Shown here piece by piece: positions 1 to 9,155 of a stretch of DNA of 64,000 bases (positions are counted from its first letter, which is position 1; every line of letters starts with the position of its first letter). The notes under the pieces are model-generated. The model had not been told where the DNA came from. It searched no databases and saw nothing but the letters and a program-made list of their open reading frames with translations. Position numbers and translations under genes: made by a program. Source of the stretch: Candidatus Aegiribacteria sp. (GTDB lineage: Bacteria; Fermentibacterota; Fermentibacteria; Fermentibacterales; JCC-6); the NCBI GenBank assembly GCA_030594645.1, contig JAUVEU010000001.1, forward strand, positions 81,405-145,404, given 5' to 3'.

Positions 1-13
1 CAATGCTTGCCAT
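1..13 (-). CDS. Probable 5' end of electron transfer flavoprotein alpha subunit (runs off the window edge)
   Basis: ATG at 13-11 overlaps the etfB stop (TGATG). Only MASI is visible; identity is inferred from the usual etfB-etfA order. Confidence 0.4.
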
Positions 14-798
14 CAGGAATCCTCCGTTCCGAGGAGGCTGTCAGCCATGAGCTTTGCAAGTTCTTCAGGCTCTCCATGATGTATCTGTCCATCGGTGAAA
101 GTTTCAGGAGTTGCTATGCTCACTACTCTGGTTGGTGAACCATCAAGCCCAACCTCTTCCTCAGAGAGTTCAAGATCATTTTTCCCCCATACGGGAATCT
201 CTATTTTTCTTGCTCTCATTTTTCCTTTGAGTGATGGAAGCCTCGGAGTGTTTGCATCCTTGAGAATGGTAACGACAACGGGAAGCGATGACTTGATCAC
301 TTCACTGCCGCCCTCAACGTATCGTTCAGCTATGATGTGTTTCCCGGTAAGCTCTCTTACCTTCCCTACAAAGGTTATCTGAGGCCAGTCCAGTGATGCC
401 GCGATACTGGGGCCGGTCTGGGCGGTATCACCATCAATTGCCTGTTTGCCGGTCATTACTATATCGATATCACCCATCTTTTCCACAGCCTTTGCAAGCG
501 TATGACTGGTTGCCCAGGTATCAGCTCCTGCAAATGCTCTGTCTGAAAGAAGTATGGCTTCATCAGCTCCCATGGAAACCGCTTCTCGAAGCACCACTTC
601 CGCCTGTGGAGGCCCCATTGAAACGACGATTACGGTTCCGCCCAGCTCATCCTTCCATCTGAAGGCTTCTTCGAGAGCATATTCATCAAACGGGTTGAGT
701 ATGGATGGAACTCCCTCACGGATGAGAGTGCCGCGTTCTTCATCAATCCTTACTTCAGAGGTATCCGGAACCTGCTTTACAGCAACAACTATCCGCAT
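13..798 (-). CDS. etfB: Electron transfer flavoprotein beta subunit
   Basis: VKQVPDT, NPFDEYALEEA, GADTWAT, GKQAIDGDTAQ and GLDGSPT motifs. Confidence 0.95.
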   Translation of the reverse strand: MRIVVAVKQVPDTSEVRIDEERGTLIREGVPSILNPFDEYALEEAFRWKDELGGTVIVVSMGPPQAEVVLREAVSMGADEAILLSDRAFAGADTWATSHTLAKAVEKMGDIDIVMTGKQAIDGDTAQTGPSIAASLDWPQITFVGKVRELTGKHIIAERYVEGGSEVIKSSLPVVVTILKDANTPRLPSLKGKMRARKIEIPVWGKNDLELSEEEVGLDGSPTRVVSIATPETFTDGQIHHGEPEELAKLMADSLLGTEDS

Positions 799-800
799 GA

Positions 801-1973
801 CTATTTCCCCCTGGCCGCCGTTTCCTTGATAAGCGCGGAAGCAATTACGCTTCGCTGAATCTGGTTCGTACCTTCATATATCTGAGTGATCTTCGCGTCG
901 CGCATCATCTTTTCAACAGGATATTCCTTCATATAACCGTATCCGCCAAGAATCTGCACAGCATCGGTAGTAACCTTCATCGCGACATCGCTGGCGAATA
1001 CTTTTGCCATTGCGGATTCCTTGTCATACTTCTTTTCTCCTGCATCGATCATTCTTGCGACACTGTACGTGAGTGCCCTTGCCGCTTCAATCTGTGTGTC
1101 CATATCGGCAAGCATGAACTGTATTCCCTGAAAAGAATCAATCCTCTGACCGAACTGCTTTCTCTCGGAAGCATATCTCGCGGCTTCATCAAGAGCTCCC
1201 TGAGCTATACCGATTGCCTGTGCAGCAACACCGGGGCGCGATCTGTTGAGAGTCTTCATGGCTACGATGAAACCGTAGCCCTCTCTTGAAATTAGATTCT
1301 CCTCCGGAATTCTGCAGTCTTCGAATATCAACTCCCGTGTTGCGGAAGCCCTGATACCCATCTTATCTTCCTTCTTGCCGTAGGAAAAGCCTGGTGTTCC
1401 ATCCTCTACGATAAAGGCAGAAAGCCCCCTTGCGCCTCTGGAAGAGTCTGTCAGGGCAATAACAGTATAAATCTGTGCCTCTCCGCCATTGGTAATCCAC
1501 TGTTTCGTTCCGTTGAGAACGTAATGATCACCATCTTTAATTGCCTTTGTCCTCACTCCGCCAGCGTCACTACCGGCATCCGGCTCAGTAAGAGCAAATG
1601 CTGCAAGTTTTGCACCCGATACCAGATCGGGAAGGTATTTTTTCTTCTGTTCTTCGGAACCGAAAATCATAATCGGCATCGCGCCAAGAGCATTAGCCGC
1701 AAAAGACAGGGCAATACCGCCACATGCTTTGCTGAGTTCCTCCGTAGCGATACATAACGCCATTGAACCGCCACCGAACATTTCAGCAGAACCACCGTAT
1801 TCTTCGGAGATGTAGATCCCGTGCAAACCGCCGTCAGACATAGCCTTCACTATCTCCCTTGGGAAGCGGTTCTCCTCATCAAGCAGGGCTCTGACCGGAA
1901 TGATATGCTTCTCAGCAATCCCGGCACAGATTTCTTTAATATCATTCAGTTCCTCAGAAAGGTAATAATTCAC
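801..1973 (-). CDS. Acyl-CoA dehydrogenase (butyryl-CoA dehydrogenase-like)
   Basis: FALTEPDAGSD, NGTKQWITNG, KMGIRAS, GGYGY and IYEGTNQIQR motifs. Start moved to GTG at 1973 (GAGAGG upstream); the longer ORF overlaps rnc. Confidence 0.93.
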   Translation of the reverse strand: MNYYLSEELNDIKEICAGIAEKHIIPVRALLDEENRFPREIVKAMSDGGLHGIYISEEYGGSAEMFGGGSMALCIATEELSKACGGIALSFAANALGAMPIMIFGSEEQKKKYLPDLVSGAKLAAFALTEPDAGSDAGGVRTKAIKDGDHYVLNGTKQWITNGGEAQIYTVIALTDSSRGARGLSAFIVEDGTPGFSYGKKEDKMGIRASATRELIFEDCRIPEENLISREGYGFIVAMKTLNRSRPGVAAQAIGIAQGALDEAARYASERKQFGQRIDSFQGIQFMLADMDTQIEAARALTYSVARMIDAGEKKYDKESAMAKVFASDVAMKVTTDAVQILGGYGYMKEYPVEKMMRDAKITQIYEGTNQIQRSVIASALIKETAARGK

Positions 1974-1974
1974 T

Positions 1975-2658
1975 TCAAACCATCCTCTCAATATTTTCAA
2001 TCGCTCTGGCAGCTGCCGCTTCGCGGGCTGCCTTGCGGGTTCGGCCGATACCCTGGCCAACCTCTGTTCCATCAATAATGACCGAAATAGCGAACACAGG
2101 ATTATGATCCGGTCCTGTGCTGGAAACCAGTCTGTATTCAGGGAGTGTCAGCCCTTTTGCCTGGCAATACTCCTGCAGAGCGCTCCTTGCGTCAGGCAAA
2201 GGATCGGTATCCGAATATTTCTGTAAAATCTCCCTATATAGAAATTCCTCTGCTGCCTTCAGACCTGAGTCCAGATAGATCGCCCCGATAACTGCCTCCA
2301 GAGCATCTGCTGCAATAGTATCGATTGCCCCTTCAGATGCGTCAAATCCGCTTCCAACCTGCACAAAATCGTTCAATCCGAGCCTTAGTCCGTGTCTGGC
2401 CAGATTCTGTTTCATGACAATTCTGATTTTCCTCCGGGTCAGGTGTCCTTCAGGCTCCTGAGGGTATTCAGCCATAAGGTACTCTCTGGTGACCAGTTCA
2501 AGTACCGCATCACCAAGAAACTCCAATCTTTCATAATTGTCTCCGGAGCTGATACCTTCAGTACAGGAACTGTGTGTAAGCGCTTTATCGAGAAGGTCCG
2601 GATTGCTGAACCTGTATCCCAGAGTTTTTTCCACCTCAGATACCGGATGCCCGGTCAT
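1975..2658 (-). CDS. rnc: Ribonuclease III
   Basis: ERLEFLGDA signature, ADALEAVIGAIYLD, and a C-terminal dsRBD (LQEYCQ..GPDH). Confidence 0.95.
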   Translation of the reverse strand: MTGHPVSEVEKTLGYRFSNPDLLDKALTHSSCTEGISSGDNYERLEFLGDAVLELVTREYLMAEYPQEPEGHLTRRKIRIVMKQNLARHGLRLGLNDFVQVGSGFDASEGAIDTIAADALEAVIGAIYLDSGLKAAEEFLYREILQKYSDTDPLPDARSALQEYCQAKGLTLPEYRLVSSTGPDHNPVFAISVIIDGTEVGQGIGRTRKAAREAAAARAIENIERMV

Positions 2659-2662
2659 TGGA

Positions 2663-3907
2663 TTATTCCCCCATGTACTTCTTCAGGGTAAGTGTAACGT
2701 TATGTCCACCGAAACCAAGCGAATTGGAAAGCGCATAGGTCAGTTCGGCTTTTCTGGCTTTACCCGGTACATAGTCCAGATCACATCCTTCATCAGGATT
2801 AATAAGAGTCGCGGTGGGAGGTACAATTCCATCCCTCAGAGCAAAAGACGTGAATATTGCCTCTATAGCACCGGCAGCACCAAGCATGTGTCCAGTAACT
2901 GATTTGGTCGAAGAAACCATTATTCTTTTTGCTATTTCCTCACCAAGAGCCGCTTTTATCGCCATTGTCTCGTTTATGTCGTTAAGCTTTGTGGATGTTC
3001 CATGGGCATTGATGTAATCAACCTGTTCAGGTACTATCCCGGCATCTTCCATGGCAAGTTTCATGGCTCTGGCTGAGCCCTCACCGCCCTCGGCGGGAGC
3101 TGTTATATGGTAAGCGTCACAGGTCATTCCCGATCCTGCAAGTTCAGCATAAATCTCAGCTCCTCTGTTCAGGGCATGCTCCAAATCTTCAAGGATCACA
3201 ACAGCACCACCCTCAGCAATGACAAATCCATCTCTATCCCGATCAAACGGTCTTGACGAGGTTTCAGGGTCATCATTGCGGGTTGACAGCGCTTTGAGAG
3301 CACAGAATCCACCGACTCCGGTAAGAGTCATCGGGGCTTCCGATCCTCCCGCAAGTATCGCGTCAGCCCTGCCGAGTCTGATCATATCTGCGGCGATAGC
3401 AATAGCGTGTCCACTTGAAGCGCAGGCGGTTACTGTGGCAAAATTCAAACCTTTGGCTCCAATATCAATGCCGACTCTTCCAGCCGCGATATTACTGATC
3501 ATCATCGGACAGAAGAATGGATTGATTCGTCTTACTCCCCGCTCCATAGCAACTTTATGCTCTCGTTCAAGTGTAGTGATTCCACCTATGCCCGAACCGA
3601 CAATTACACCAAGCCTTTCAGGGGAGATGTTTCCCTCAAGCCCTGAATCAGCGAATGCTTCTCTGGATGCGATCATGGCAAACTGGGTATATCTATCTGT
3701 TCTTTTTGCAAGTTTAGGGTCTAAATAATCAAGAGGATCGAAATTCTTTACTTCTCCAGCGATTTGACTGGGGAATTCTTCCGGATCAACAAGGGTCATT
3801 CTTCTAACCCCGCTGCGTCCGGCCAGGACGTTCTTCCAGCTTTCAGGAACTGCCAGACCAACAGGACTGATAGCGCCAACACCAGTAATCACAATACGTT
3901 TCCTCAT
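2663..3907 (-). CDS. fabF: Beta-ketoacyl-ACP synthase II
   Basis: TACASS catalytic Cys, NAHGTST, KSVTGH and SLGFGGHN. Confidence 0.96.
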   Translation of the reverse strand: MRKRIVITGVGAISPVGLAVPESWKNVLAGRSGVRRMTLVDPEEFPSQIAGEVKNFDPLDYLDPKLAKRTDRYTQFAMIASREAFADSGLEGNISPERLGVIVGSGIGGITTLEREHKVAMERGVRRINPFFCPMMISNIAAGRVGIDIGAKGLNFATVTACASSGHAIAIAADMIRLGRADAILAGGSEAPMTLTGVGGFCALKALSTRNDDPETSSRPFDRDRDGFVIAEGGAVVILEDLEHALNRGAEIYAELAGSGMTCDAYHITAPAEGGEGSARAMKLAMEDAGIVPEQVDYINAHGTSTKLNDINETMAIKAALGEEIAKRIMVSSTKSVTGHMLGAAGAIEAIFTSFALRDGIVPPTATLINPDEGCDLDYVPGKARKAELTYALSNSLGFGGHNVTLTLKKYMGE

Positions 3908-3963
3908 AGAATTCGTCCCCTGTTCTTATACCGTTCTGAACAGAACCAGTCTATTTACAGTAC

Positions 3964-3994
3964 CGCACCGCAGTAAACATTTTCCTGCGGTGCG
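3964..3994 (-). terminator. GC-rich hairpin between acpP and fabF (terminator or mRNA-stabilising stem)
   Basis: Perfect 10-bp inverted repeat CGCACCGCAG (3964-3973) / CTGCGGTGCG (3985-3994), with no clear U-tract. Confidence 0.45.
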
Positions 3995-4018
3995 CACCGT
4001 GCGAATAAAGCAGTTCCT

Positions 4019-4255
4019 TTAATCGAGACCCTTTTCCTTGAGATAATTCACTACCTTACCAACCGTAGTAAGCTTGGTCGCTTCATCTTCATCGATCCTG
4101 AGTCCGAAAGCATCTTCGAATCCCATTATAAGTTCGTACTGATCAATGGAATCCGCACCGAGGTCCGTATCAAACTGAGCTTCAGGTGTTACCTGCTCAG
4201 GTTTTACACCAAGCTTGTCAATTATGATTTCAGCCACACGGTTTTCAAGTGACAT
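4019..4255 (-). CDS. acpP: Acyl carrier protein
   Basis: 78 aa acidic protein with DLGADS phosphopantetheine Ser motif, between fabG and fabF. Confidence 0.95.
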   Translation of the reverse strand: MSLENRVAEIIIDKLGVKPEQVTPEAQFDTDLGADSIDQYELIMGFEDAFGLRIDEDEATKLTTVGKVVNYLKEKGLD

Positions 4256-4268
4256 ATTTTGTCCTTTC

Positions 4269-4991
4269 TCAGGTTGTCAATCCACCATCTACAGGAAGTA
4301 CTACCCCGGTAATATATGCGGAAACGTCATCAAGAAGAAAATGCACCGCATCCGCAACATTACCCGGCAATCCCATTCTCTTCATGGGAACTCTGCTGGA
4401 ATAGTCCTCCCGAACCCCATCCGAAAGCTCACTCGTCATTTCTGTCTCGATGAATCCTGGAACAATTGCGTTCACGCGGATATTCCGTGCCGCGAATTCG
4501 CGACATAAAGCTCTGGTCATGCCGATAAGTCCTGCTTTGGTAGATGCGTAATTCGCCTGTCCGGCAGCTCCCAGTAATGCCACAACAGATGAAATATTAA
4601 CAATCGATCCTGCCTTCTGACGCAGCATTCCACGGGAAAAAGCCCGGCACATCAAAAAAGCACCTGTGAGATTTACATTCAGAACAGTATCCCAGTCAGA
4701 TTTTTTCATTCGCATAATAAGACCATCACGGGTGATTCCTGCATTGTTCACCAGGCCGAATACAGGGCCGAGTTCTTTCTCGATCCTGCCTGCGGTATCA
4801 TTTACAGCATCTTCATCTGTAATATCGAGTACGCAGGGAGTGAATAAATCGCCAAGCCGTTCTGATGCCAGGTTCAGATTGTCCTCAAGAATATCACAGC
4901 CTGCCACTGACCATCCGGAGTTGACAAGCTTTTCTGAAATCGAGAAACCAATACCCCTGGCAGCACCTGTTACTACAACCAGTCTGTTCAC
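4269..4991 (-). CDS. fabG: 3-oxoacyl-ACP reductase
   Basis: TGAARGIG, NNAGITRD, GQANYASTK (YxxxK) and PGFIETEM. Confidence 0.95.
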   Translation of the reverse strand: MNRLVVVTGAARGIGFSISEKLVNSGWSVAGCDILEDNLNLASERLGDLFTPCVLDITDEDAVNDTAGRIEKELGPVFGLVNNAGITRDGLIMRMKKSDWDTVLNVNLTGAFLMCRAFSRGMLRQKAGSIVNISSVVALLGAAGQANYASTKAGLIGMTRALCREFAARNIRVNAIVPGFIETEMTSELSDGVREDYSSRVPMKRMGLPGNVADAVHFLLDDVSAYITGVVLPVDGGLTT

Positions 4992-5001
4992 TGTACCCCC
5001 C

Positions 5002-5991
5002 TCATTCTTCCCAGTGCAGTATCATTCCACCCCAGGTCAGCCCCGCACCAAAAGCAGCAAGCACAACCGTGTTAGGAGTGCTGATTGTTCCATCTCTCAT
5101 AGCTTCATCGAGTGCCATAGGGATGGAAGCCGCGGATGTGTTGCCGTATTTCTGGATATTTATGTAAACCTGTTCGGGTCTGAGTTCAAGAGCCCTTGCT
5201 GTTGCGTCTATAATCCTGAGATTCGCCTGGTGCGAAATGAGAAGATCAACATCTTTCTTTTCTGTGCCATCTTTCTCGAGAGCTTTCATACACGAATCAC
5301 GCATTGCTCTTACTGCATGCTTGAATATTCTGGAACCATCCATGTGAATCGTGTGTTCGATAAGGTCAACCGTCTCGTGAGAAGCTGGTTTTCTGGCTCC
5401 ACCCCCCGGTTGAATGAGATGCTTCCCCAGTGAACCGTCACTGCCCCAGTGCCACCCACCCAGTCTTCCGCCTGGTCCTTCCGATGACACGGCTACCGCT
5501 CCGGCTCCGTCACCAAAGAGAATACAGCTGGTGCGGTCGCTCCAGTTTGTAATTTTTGTCAGACAATCGGCACCTACCACTATAATCCTGTCCAGTATTC
5601 CGGATTCGATAAATGCTTTCGCCTGAACAAGACCGTAGATAAACGCGGTGCATCCTGCTTCAAAATCGTAAGCCGGTACTGCACCGATACCAAGCCTGTC
5701 AGCCACAAGCGCAGCAGTTGACGGGAAGTAAAAATCCGGTGTTACTGTACCAACAATAATGCCCTGTACATCCTCGGGATTCCAGCCGGCATCCTTCATA
5801 GCTCTTTCAACGGCAACTGCTACAAGGTCCGATGTAGCAGTATCGTCATCTGTTTTCCTTCGTTCTTTAATTCCGGTCCTGGTCGTAATCCATTCATCTG
5901 TAGTGTCAACGATCTTCTCAAGATCGGCATTTGTCAGCACTCCATCAGGCACTTTATGACCAGTTCCAACGATATAGGCGTTCCTACTCAC
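5002..5991 (-). CDS. fabH: Beta-ketoacyl-ACP synthase III
   Basis: WITTRTGIKERR, AGC catalytic Cys, HQANLRI, GNTSAAS and FGAGLTWG. GTG start at 5991 with GGAG RBS. Confidence 0.95.
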   Translation of the reverse strand: MSRNAYIVGTGHKVPDGVLTNADLEKIVDTTDEWITTRTGIKERRKTDDDTATSDLVAVAVERAMKDAGWNPEDVQGIIVGTVTPDFYFPSTAALVADRLGIGAVPAYDFEAGCTAFIYGLVQAKAFIESGILDRIIVVGADCLTKITNWSDRTSCILFGDGAGAVAVSSEGPGGRLGGWHWGSDGSLGKHLIQPGGGARKPASHETVDLIEHTIHMDGSRIFKHAVRAMRDSCMKALEKDGTEKKDVDLLISHQANLRIIDATARALELRPEQVYINIQKYGNTSAASIPMALDEAMRDGTISTPNTVVLAAFGAGLTWGGMILHWEE

Positions 5992-6004
5992 TATTTCTCC
6001 AATC

Positions 6005-7030
6005 TCACGACATCGTATCTTGAATTTCCTTTTGAATCCGTTCTTTGACCCCGCTCCGACAAAAATCGCAGGAAGCAACAATGGCGTTCTTTATTGCCTT
6101 TGAACTGCTGCTTCCGTGAGCTACAATTGATACTCCATTAAGACCAAGGAGGGGAGCCCCGCCATATTCAGCGGAGTCCAGTCTCTCCCAGAGTTTTGAA
6201 AAGGAATGCCGCATAAGAAGGTAACCGGCTCTTGAGGCCCAGTGACGTTTCATTTCCAGGTAAAGAGATCCTCCAACAAGGTCTGCAATGGACTCAAAGG
6301 TTTTAAGGAGAACATTACCAACAAACCCGTCACATACTACAACGTCAGCTTCTCCTTTTAAAATTCCGTCGCCTTCTATATATCCCTGAAAATTCAACTT
6401 CGAAACAGCCAGCATTTCATGTACTTCCTGAATAATCGCAGGACCCTTTGATTTCTCCGTCCCGACATTCAGGAGAGTTATTCTGGGACTGTCAATTCCG
6501 AATACACATCTTGAATAGGCATCTCCCATAAGCGCAAATTGAAGAAGCTGCTCTGATTTGCACCCGATATTTGCCCCTACATCCAGTACGACTGTCGGAT
6601 TATTCTGGCTGGGGAGTGAAGCAGCAATTGCCGGACGGGGAACCCCCTTTATTCTTCCGAGAGCAAAAAGACTTGCAGCCATCATTGCGCCGGTATTACC
6701 CGCACTGACCATTGCCTGCACAAGCCCCTTTTTCTGGAGTCCAGCCATTACAAGCATTGAACTGTCCGGCTTATTCTTAAGGGATTCAGCCGGATGATCA
6801 TCCATTGTAATAACCTGAGAGGCATGCTGAATTGATATTGGAAGCCGAGCACCTCCCCTGCGGGAAAGCAACCTTGCAAGCAAATCTCTGTCTCCTACGA
6901 GAATCAGGGATACCTTCTCAGTAACCAGACGGTGGCATTCCCTGAAAAACAATACTGCTCCGTCAACTACTACAGAAGGTCCGTTGTCTCCCCCCATAGC
7001 ATCAATCGCGATGGTAAGTGCATCAGGCAC
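6005..7030 (-). CDS. plsX: Phosphate acyltransferase
   Basis: IAIDAMGGD, SAGNTGA, LDVGAN, CDGFVGN and GGAPLLG. Confidence 0.95.
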   Translation of the reverse strand: MPDALTIAIDAMGGDNGPSVVVDGAVLFFRECHRLVTEKVSLILVGDRDLLARLLSRRGGARLPISIQHASQVITMDDHPAESLKNKPDSSMLVMAGLQKKGLVQAMVSAGNTGAMMAASLFALGRIKGVPRPAIAASLPSQNNPTVVLDVGANIGCKSEQLLQFALMGDAYSRCVFGIDSPRITLLNVGTEKSKGPAIIQEVHEMLAVSKLNFQGYIEGDGILKGEADVVVCDGFVGNVLLKTFESIADLVGGSLYLEMKRHWASRAGYLLMRHSFSKLWERLDSAEYGGAPLLGLNGVSIVAHGSSSSKAIKNAIVASCDFCRSGVKERIQKEIQDTMS

Positions 7031-7069
7031 GGAGAAATTCCCGGGTTCCGGAAAAGATACTGCAGATGA

Positions 7070-7252
7070 TTACTTCTCCTCCGGCTCTATAACCTGTCTG
7101 CCATCATAGAATCCACAATGTTTACATACTCTGTGCGGAAGTCTTGGTTCACCGCATTGAGGACAATTGCTTGTTGATTTAGCTTTAAGAGCGTCGTTAG
7201 CCCTGCGTTTATCTCGTCTGGTTGATGAATGTCTTCTTTTAGGTACTGGCAT
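7070..7252 (-). CDS. rpmF: 50S ribosomal protein L32
   Basis: [15 protein letters not shown] with CxxC..HRVCxxCG zinc ribbon. Confidence 0.96.
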   Translation of the reverse strand: MPVPKRRHSSTRRDKRRANDALKAKSTSNCPQCGEPRLPHRVCKHCGFYDGRQVIEPEEK

Positions 7253-7329
7253 TGTTCCTTCTCTTTCACTGCATTAACAGGGTGTAACTGTCTTCATGTA
7301 CAAAAAATGTTCGACTTTACAAAGTATAC

Positions 7330-7758
7330 TTAAATATAACTAATTCCACGGCAGTCCGGTGTACAGAGCGGCTTCCCCGGAATTGATAAAAGTATGGCTT
7401 CTCTGACAGCATCAAGAATACTGAATCCTCCCCCCAGAATAACGGGTTCCGAGTCTAAATCATCAGAGATACTTTCGTCCCATGAATAGACTCTGTAAAT
7501 TTCCTCGGTAATCGGAAAACTCACTTCTTCAAGGCACCTCGCACAGGGCAAAACAAATACCGCATCCAGAATACCGCGACATATGATACCCCTATCCTCC
7601 AGATCAACTTCCAGATCAATGAATGCCTGACCATCCCCCGGTTTTACATTTTCTATGTCCCAGTCAATCTCCCTGAGTGAAAGTTCAAATATCCCCTTAT
7701 TGATCCCGTGAGATAGACTTTTCATGTTGATGGTCAGTGAAACCGTATCCATCTTCAT
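7330..7758 (-). CDS. yceD: DUF177/YceD family protein
   Basis: CARCL and PxKPLCxPDCxG motifs; canonical position upstream of rpmF. Confidence 0.88.
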   Translation of the reverse strand: MKMDTVSLTINMKSLSHGINKGIFELSLREIDWDIENVKPGDGQAFIDLEVDLEDRGIICRGILDAVFVLPCARCLEEVSFPITEEIYRVYSWDESISDDLDSEPVILGGGFSILDAVREAILLSIPGKPLCTPDCRGISYI

Positions 7759-9155
7759 TGAGTGTCGCTCTGTATATCTGTGTTCTCAATCACTGTGTTT
7801 AACAGCCTGTCTCTTTCAACCGGTGTATTAGCTTGAGCATATATTCTTGCAAGCGGCTCAGTTCCGCTTAATCTTAAAAGAACCCAGCTGTCGTTCTCAA
7901 GGAGAAATCTGACACCATCAGTATGGTCAACTGATAAGACGGAACTGCCCGCGATTTTTGAAGGAATCGATTCGAAGAAATTCTCAATCAGAAATTCTCT
8001 CAGCCGATCATCAAGCTGCAGATCAATTCTTGAAACGTGTACTCTGCCGTACCTGAGCCAGAGTTCCTCAAGCTGTGCGGCCAGCCCCTTTCCTCTGGCA
8101 CATACCATTTCAGCTGCCAGAAGGCAGGCCAGAACACCATCCTTCTCAGGGATATGACCTTTTATTGACAACCCGCCGCTTTCTTCTCCTGCTAGAATAA
8201 CATCAGTTTCAAGCATTCTGCCACCAAGATACTTGAATCCAACAGGAGTAACCTCAATCTCCAGGTTGTGAGCATGAGCGACTCTGTCAATAAGGCTTCC
8301 AGTTGTGACTGATCTAAGTACAAGACCCTTCATTTCCTTCTTCTCGATCAGATATTCCAGAAGTAACGGTAAGAAATCATGAGGGGAAACGAAGCATCCA
8401 TTTTCATCGATAAGTCCGAAGCGATCAGCATCACCATCCGTCGCAATTCCCAGAGACGCGCCACTCTTAATAACCTGTGAAGCAAGATCGACCGTTCCGG
8501 TTATCCCAGGCTCAGGGTGCTGCCGTCCGGCAAATAGCGGATCACGCTTCCCGTTAATGACTCTTACTGCTGCTCCAAGATCAACCAGTATTCGATCAAG
8601 AAGTCCGGAACCGGCTCCGGAAAAGGCATCGTAAACAACCCTCAGACCGCCCTGCCGAAAAACATCTTCATCAAGGTAGTCCAGAATCGTTCCCGTATAA
8701 GCTCGCAGTAAATCATCAGTCGATACCGACCCTGTTGCACTGGAGGGTCGGACTTCTGTCTCAATCAGCTCCTCGATCACACTGGTAGTCTTATCTCCTG
8801 CGGGTCCACCATGCGAGGGAGAAAATTTAATACCGTTATACAATGGTGGATTGTGGCTTGCAGTAAAGTTTATTACACCGCCATGTCCGCCAAGTCTGCA
8901 TTCGTGAGAGAGAACTGGAGTGGGTGTGGGACGATCGGCAAGCACTACATGAAAACCATATTCTGACATTCGCAAGGCTGTGGATTCTGCAAGTTCAGGT
9001 GAAAGAAAACGGCAGTCCCCACCTACAACAATACTTGTATGCCCCTCCCGCTGCAGAAGAACCGCTATTGCGTCAGCGACACGGTTTACTTTTTCCCATG
9101 TAAACTCCTTCGCAATAACTCCCCGCCACCCTGAAGTACCGAATTTTATCTTCAC
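7755..9155 (-). CDS. Phosphoglucomutase/phosphomannomutase family protein
   Basis: FGTSGWRG, TASHNP phospho-Ser loop, DGDADR metal loop, GEESG and RLSGTEP. Confidence 0.93.
   Translation of the reverse strand: MKIKFGTSGWRGVIAKEFTWEKVNRVADAIAVLLQREGHTSIVVGGDCRFLSPELAESTALRMSEYGFHVVLADRPTPTPVLSHECRLGGHGGVINFTASHNPPLYNGIKFSPSHGGPAGDKTTSVIEELIETEVRPSSATGSVSTDDLLRAYTGTILDYLDEDVFRQGGLRVVYDAFSGAGSGLLDRILVDLGAAVRVINGKRDPLFAGRQHPEPGITGTVDLASQVIKSGASLGIATDGDADRFGLIDENGCFVSPHDFLPLLLEYLIEKKEMKGLVLRSVTTGSLIDRVAHAHNLEIEVTPVGFKYLGGRMLETDVILAGEESGGLSIKGHIPEKDGVLACLLAAEMVCARGKGLAAQLEELWLRYGRVHVSRIDLQLDDRLREFLIENFFESIPSKIAGSSVLSVDHTDGVRFLLENDSWVLLRLSGTEPLARIYAQANTPVERDRLLNTVIENTDIQSDTQ

Noticed and set aside
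1974..2075. N-terminal extensions in the ORF track (ACAD, fabH, TolC, cpsB-like, rsmA, tig, pal, tolA-like, radical SAM)
   Set aside because: They overlap upstream genes, the tRNA or the repeat element; downstream starts with RBS fit the family N-termini better.
4666..5433. Long plus-strand ORFs opposite backbone genes (also 14515-15387, 21654-22373, 23986-24630, 48303-48932, 51764-52399, 62569-63300)
   Set aside because: They are antisense shadows of well-supported minus-strand genes, with no motifs or RBS.
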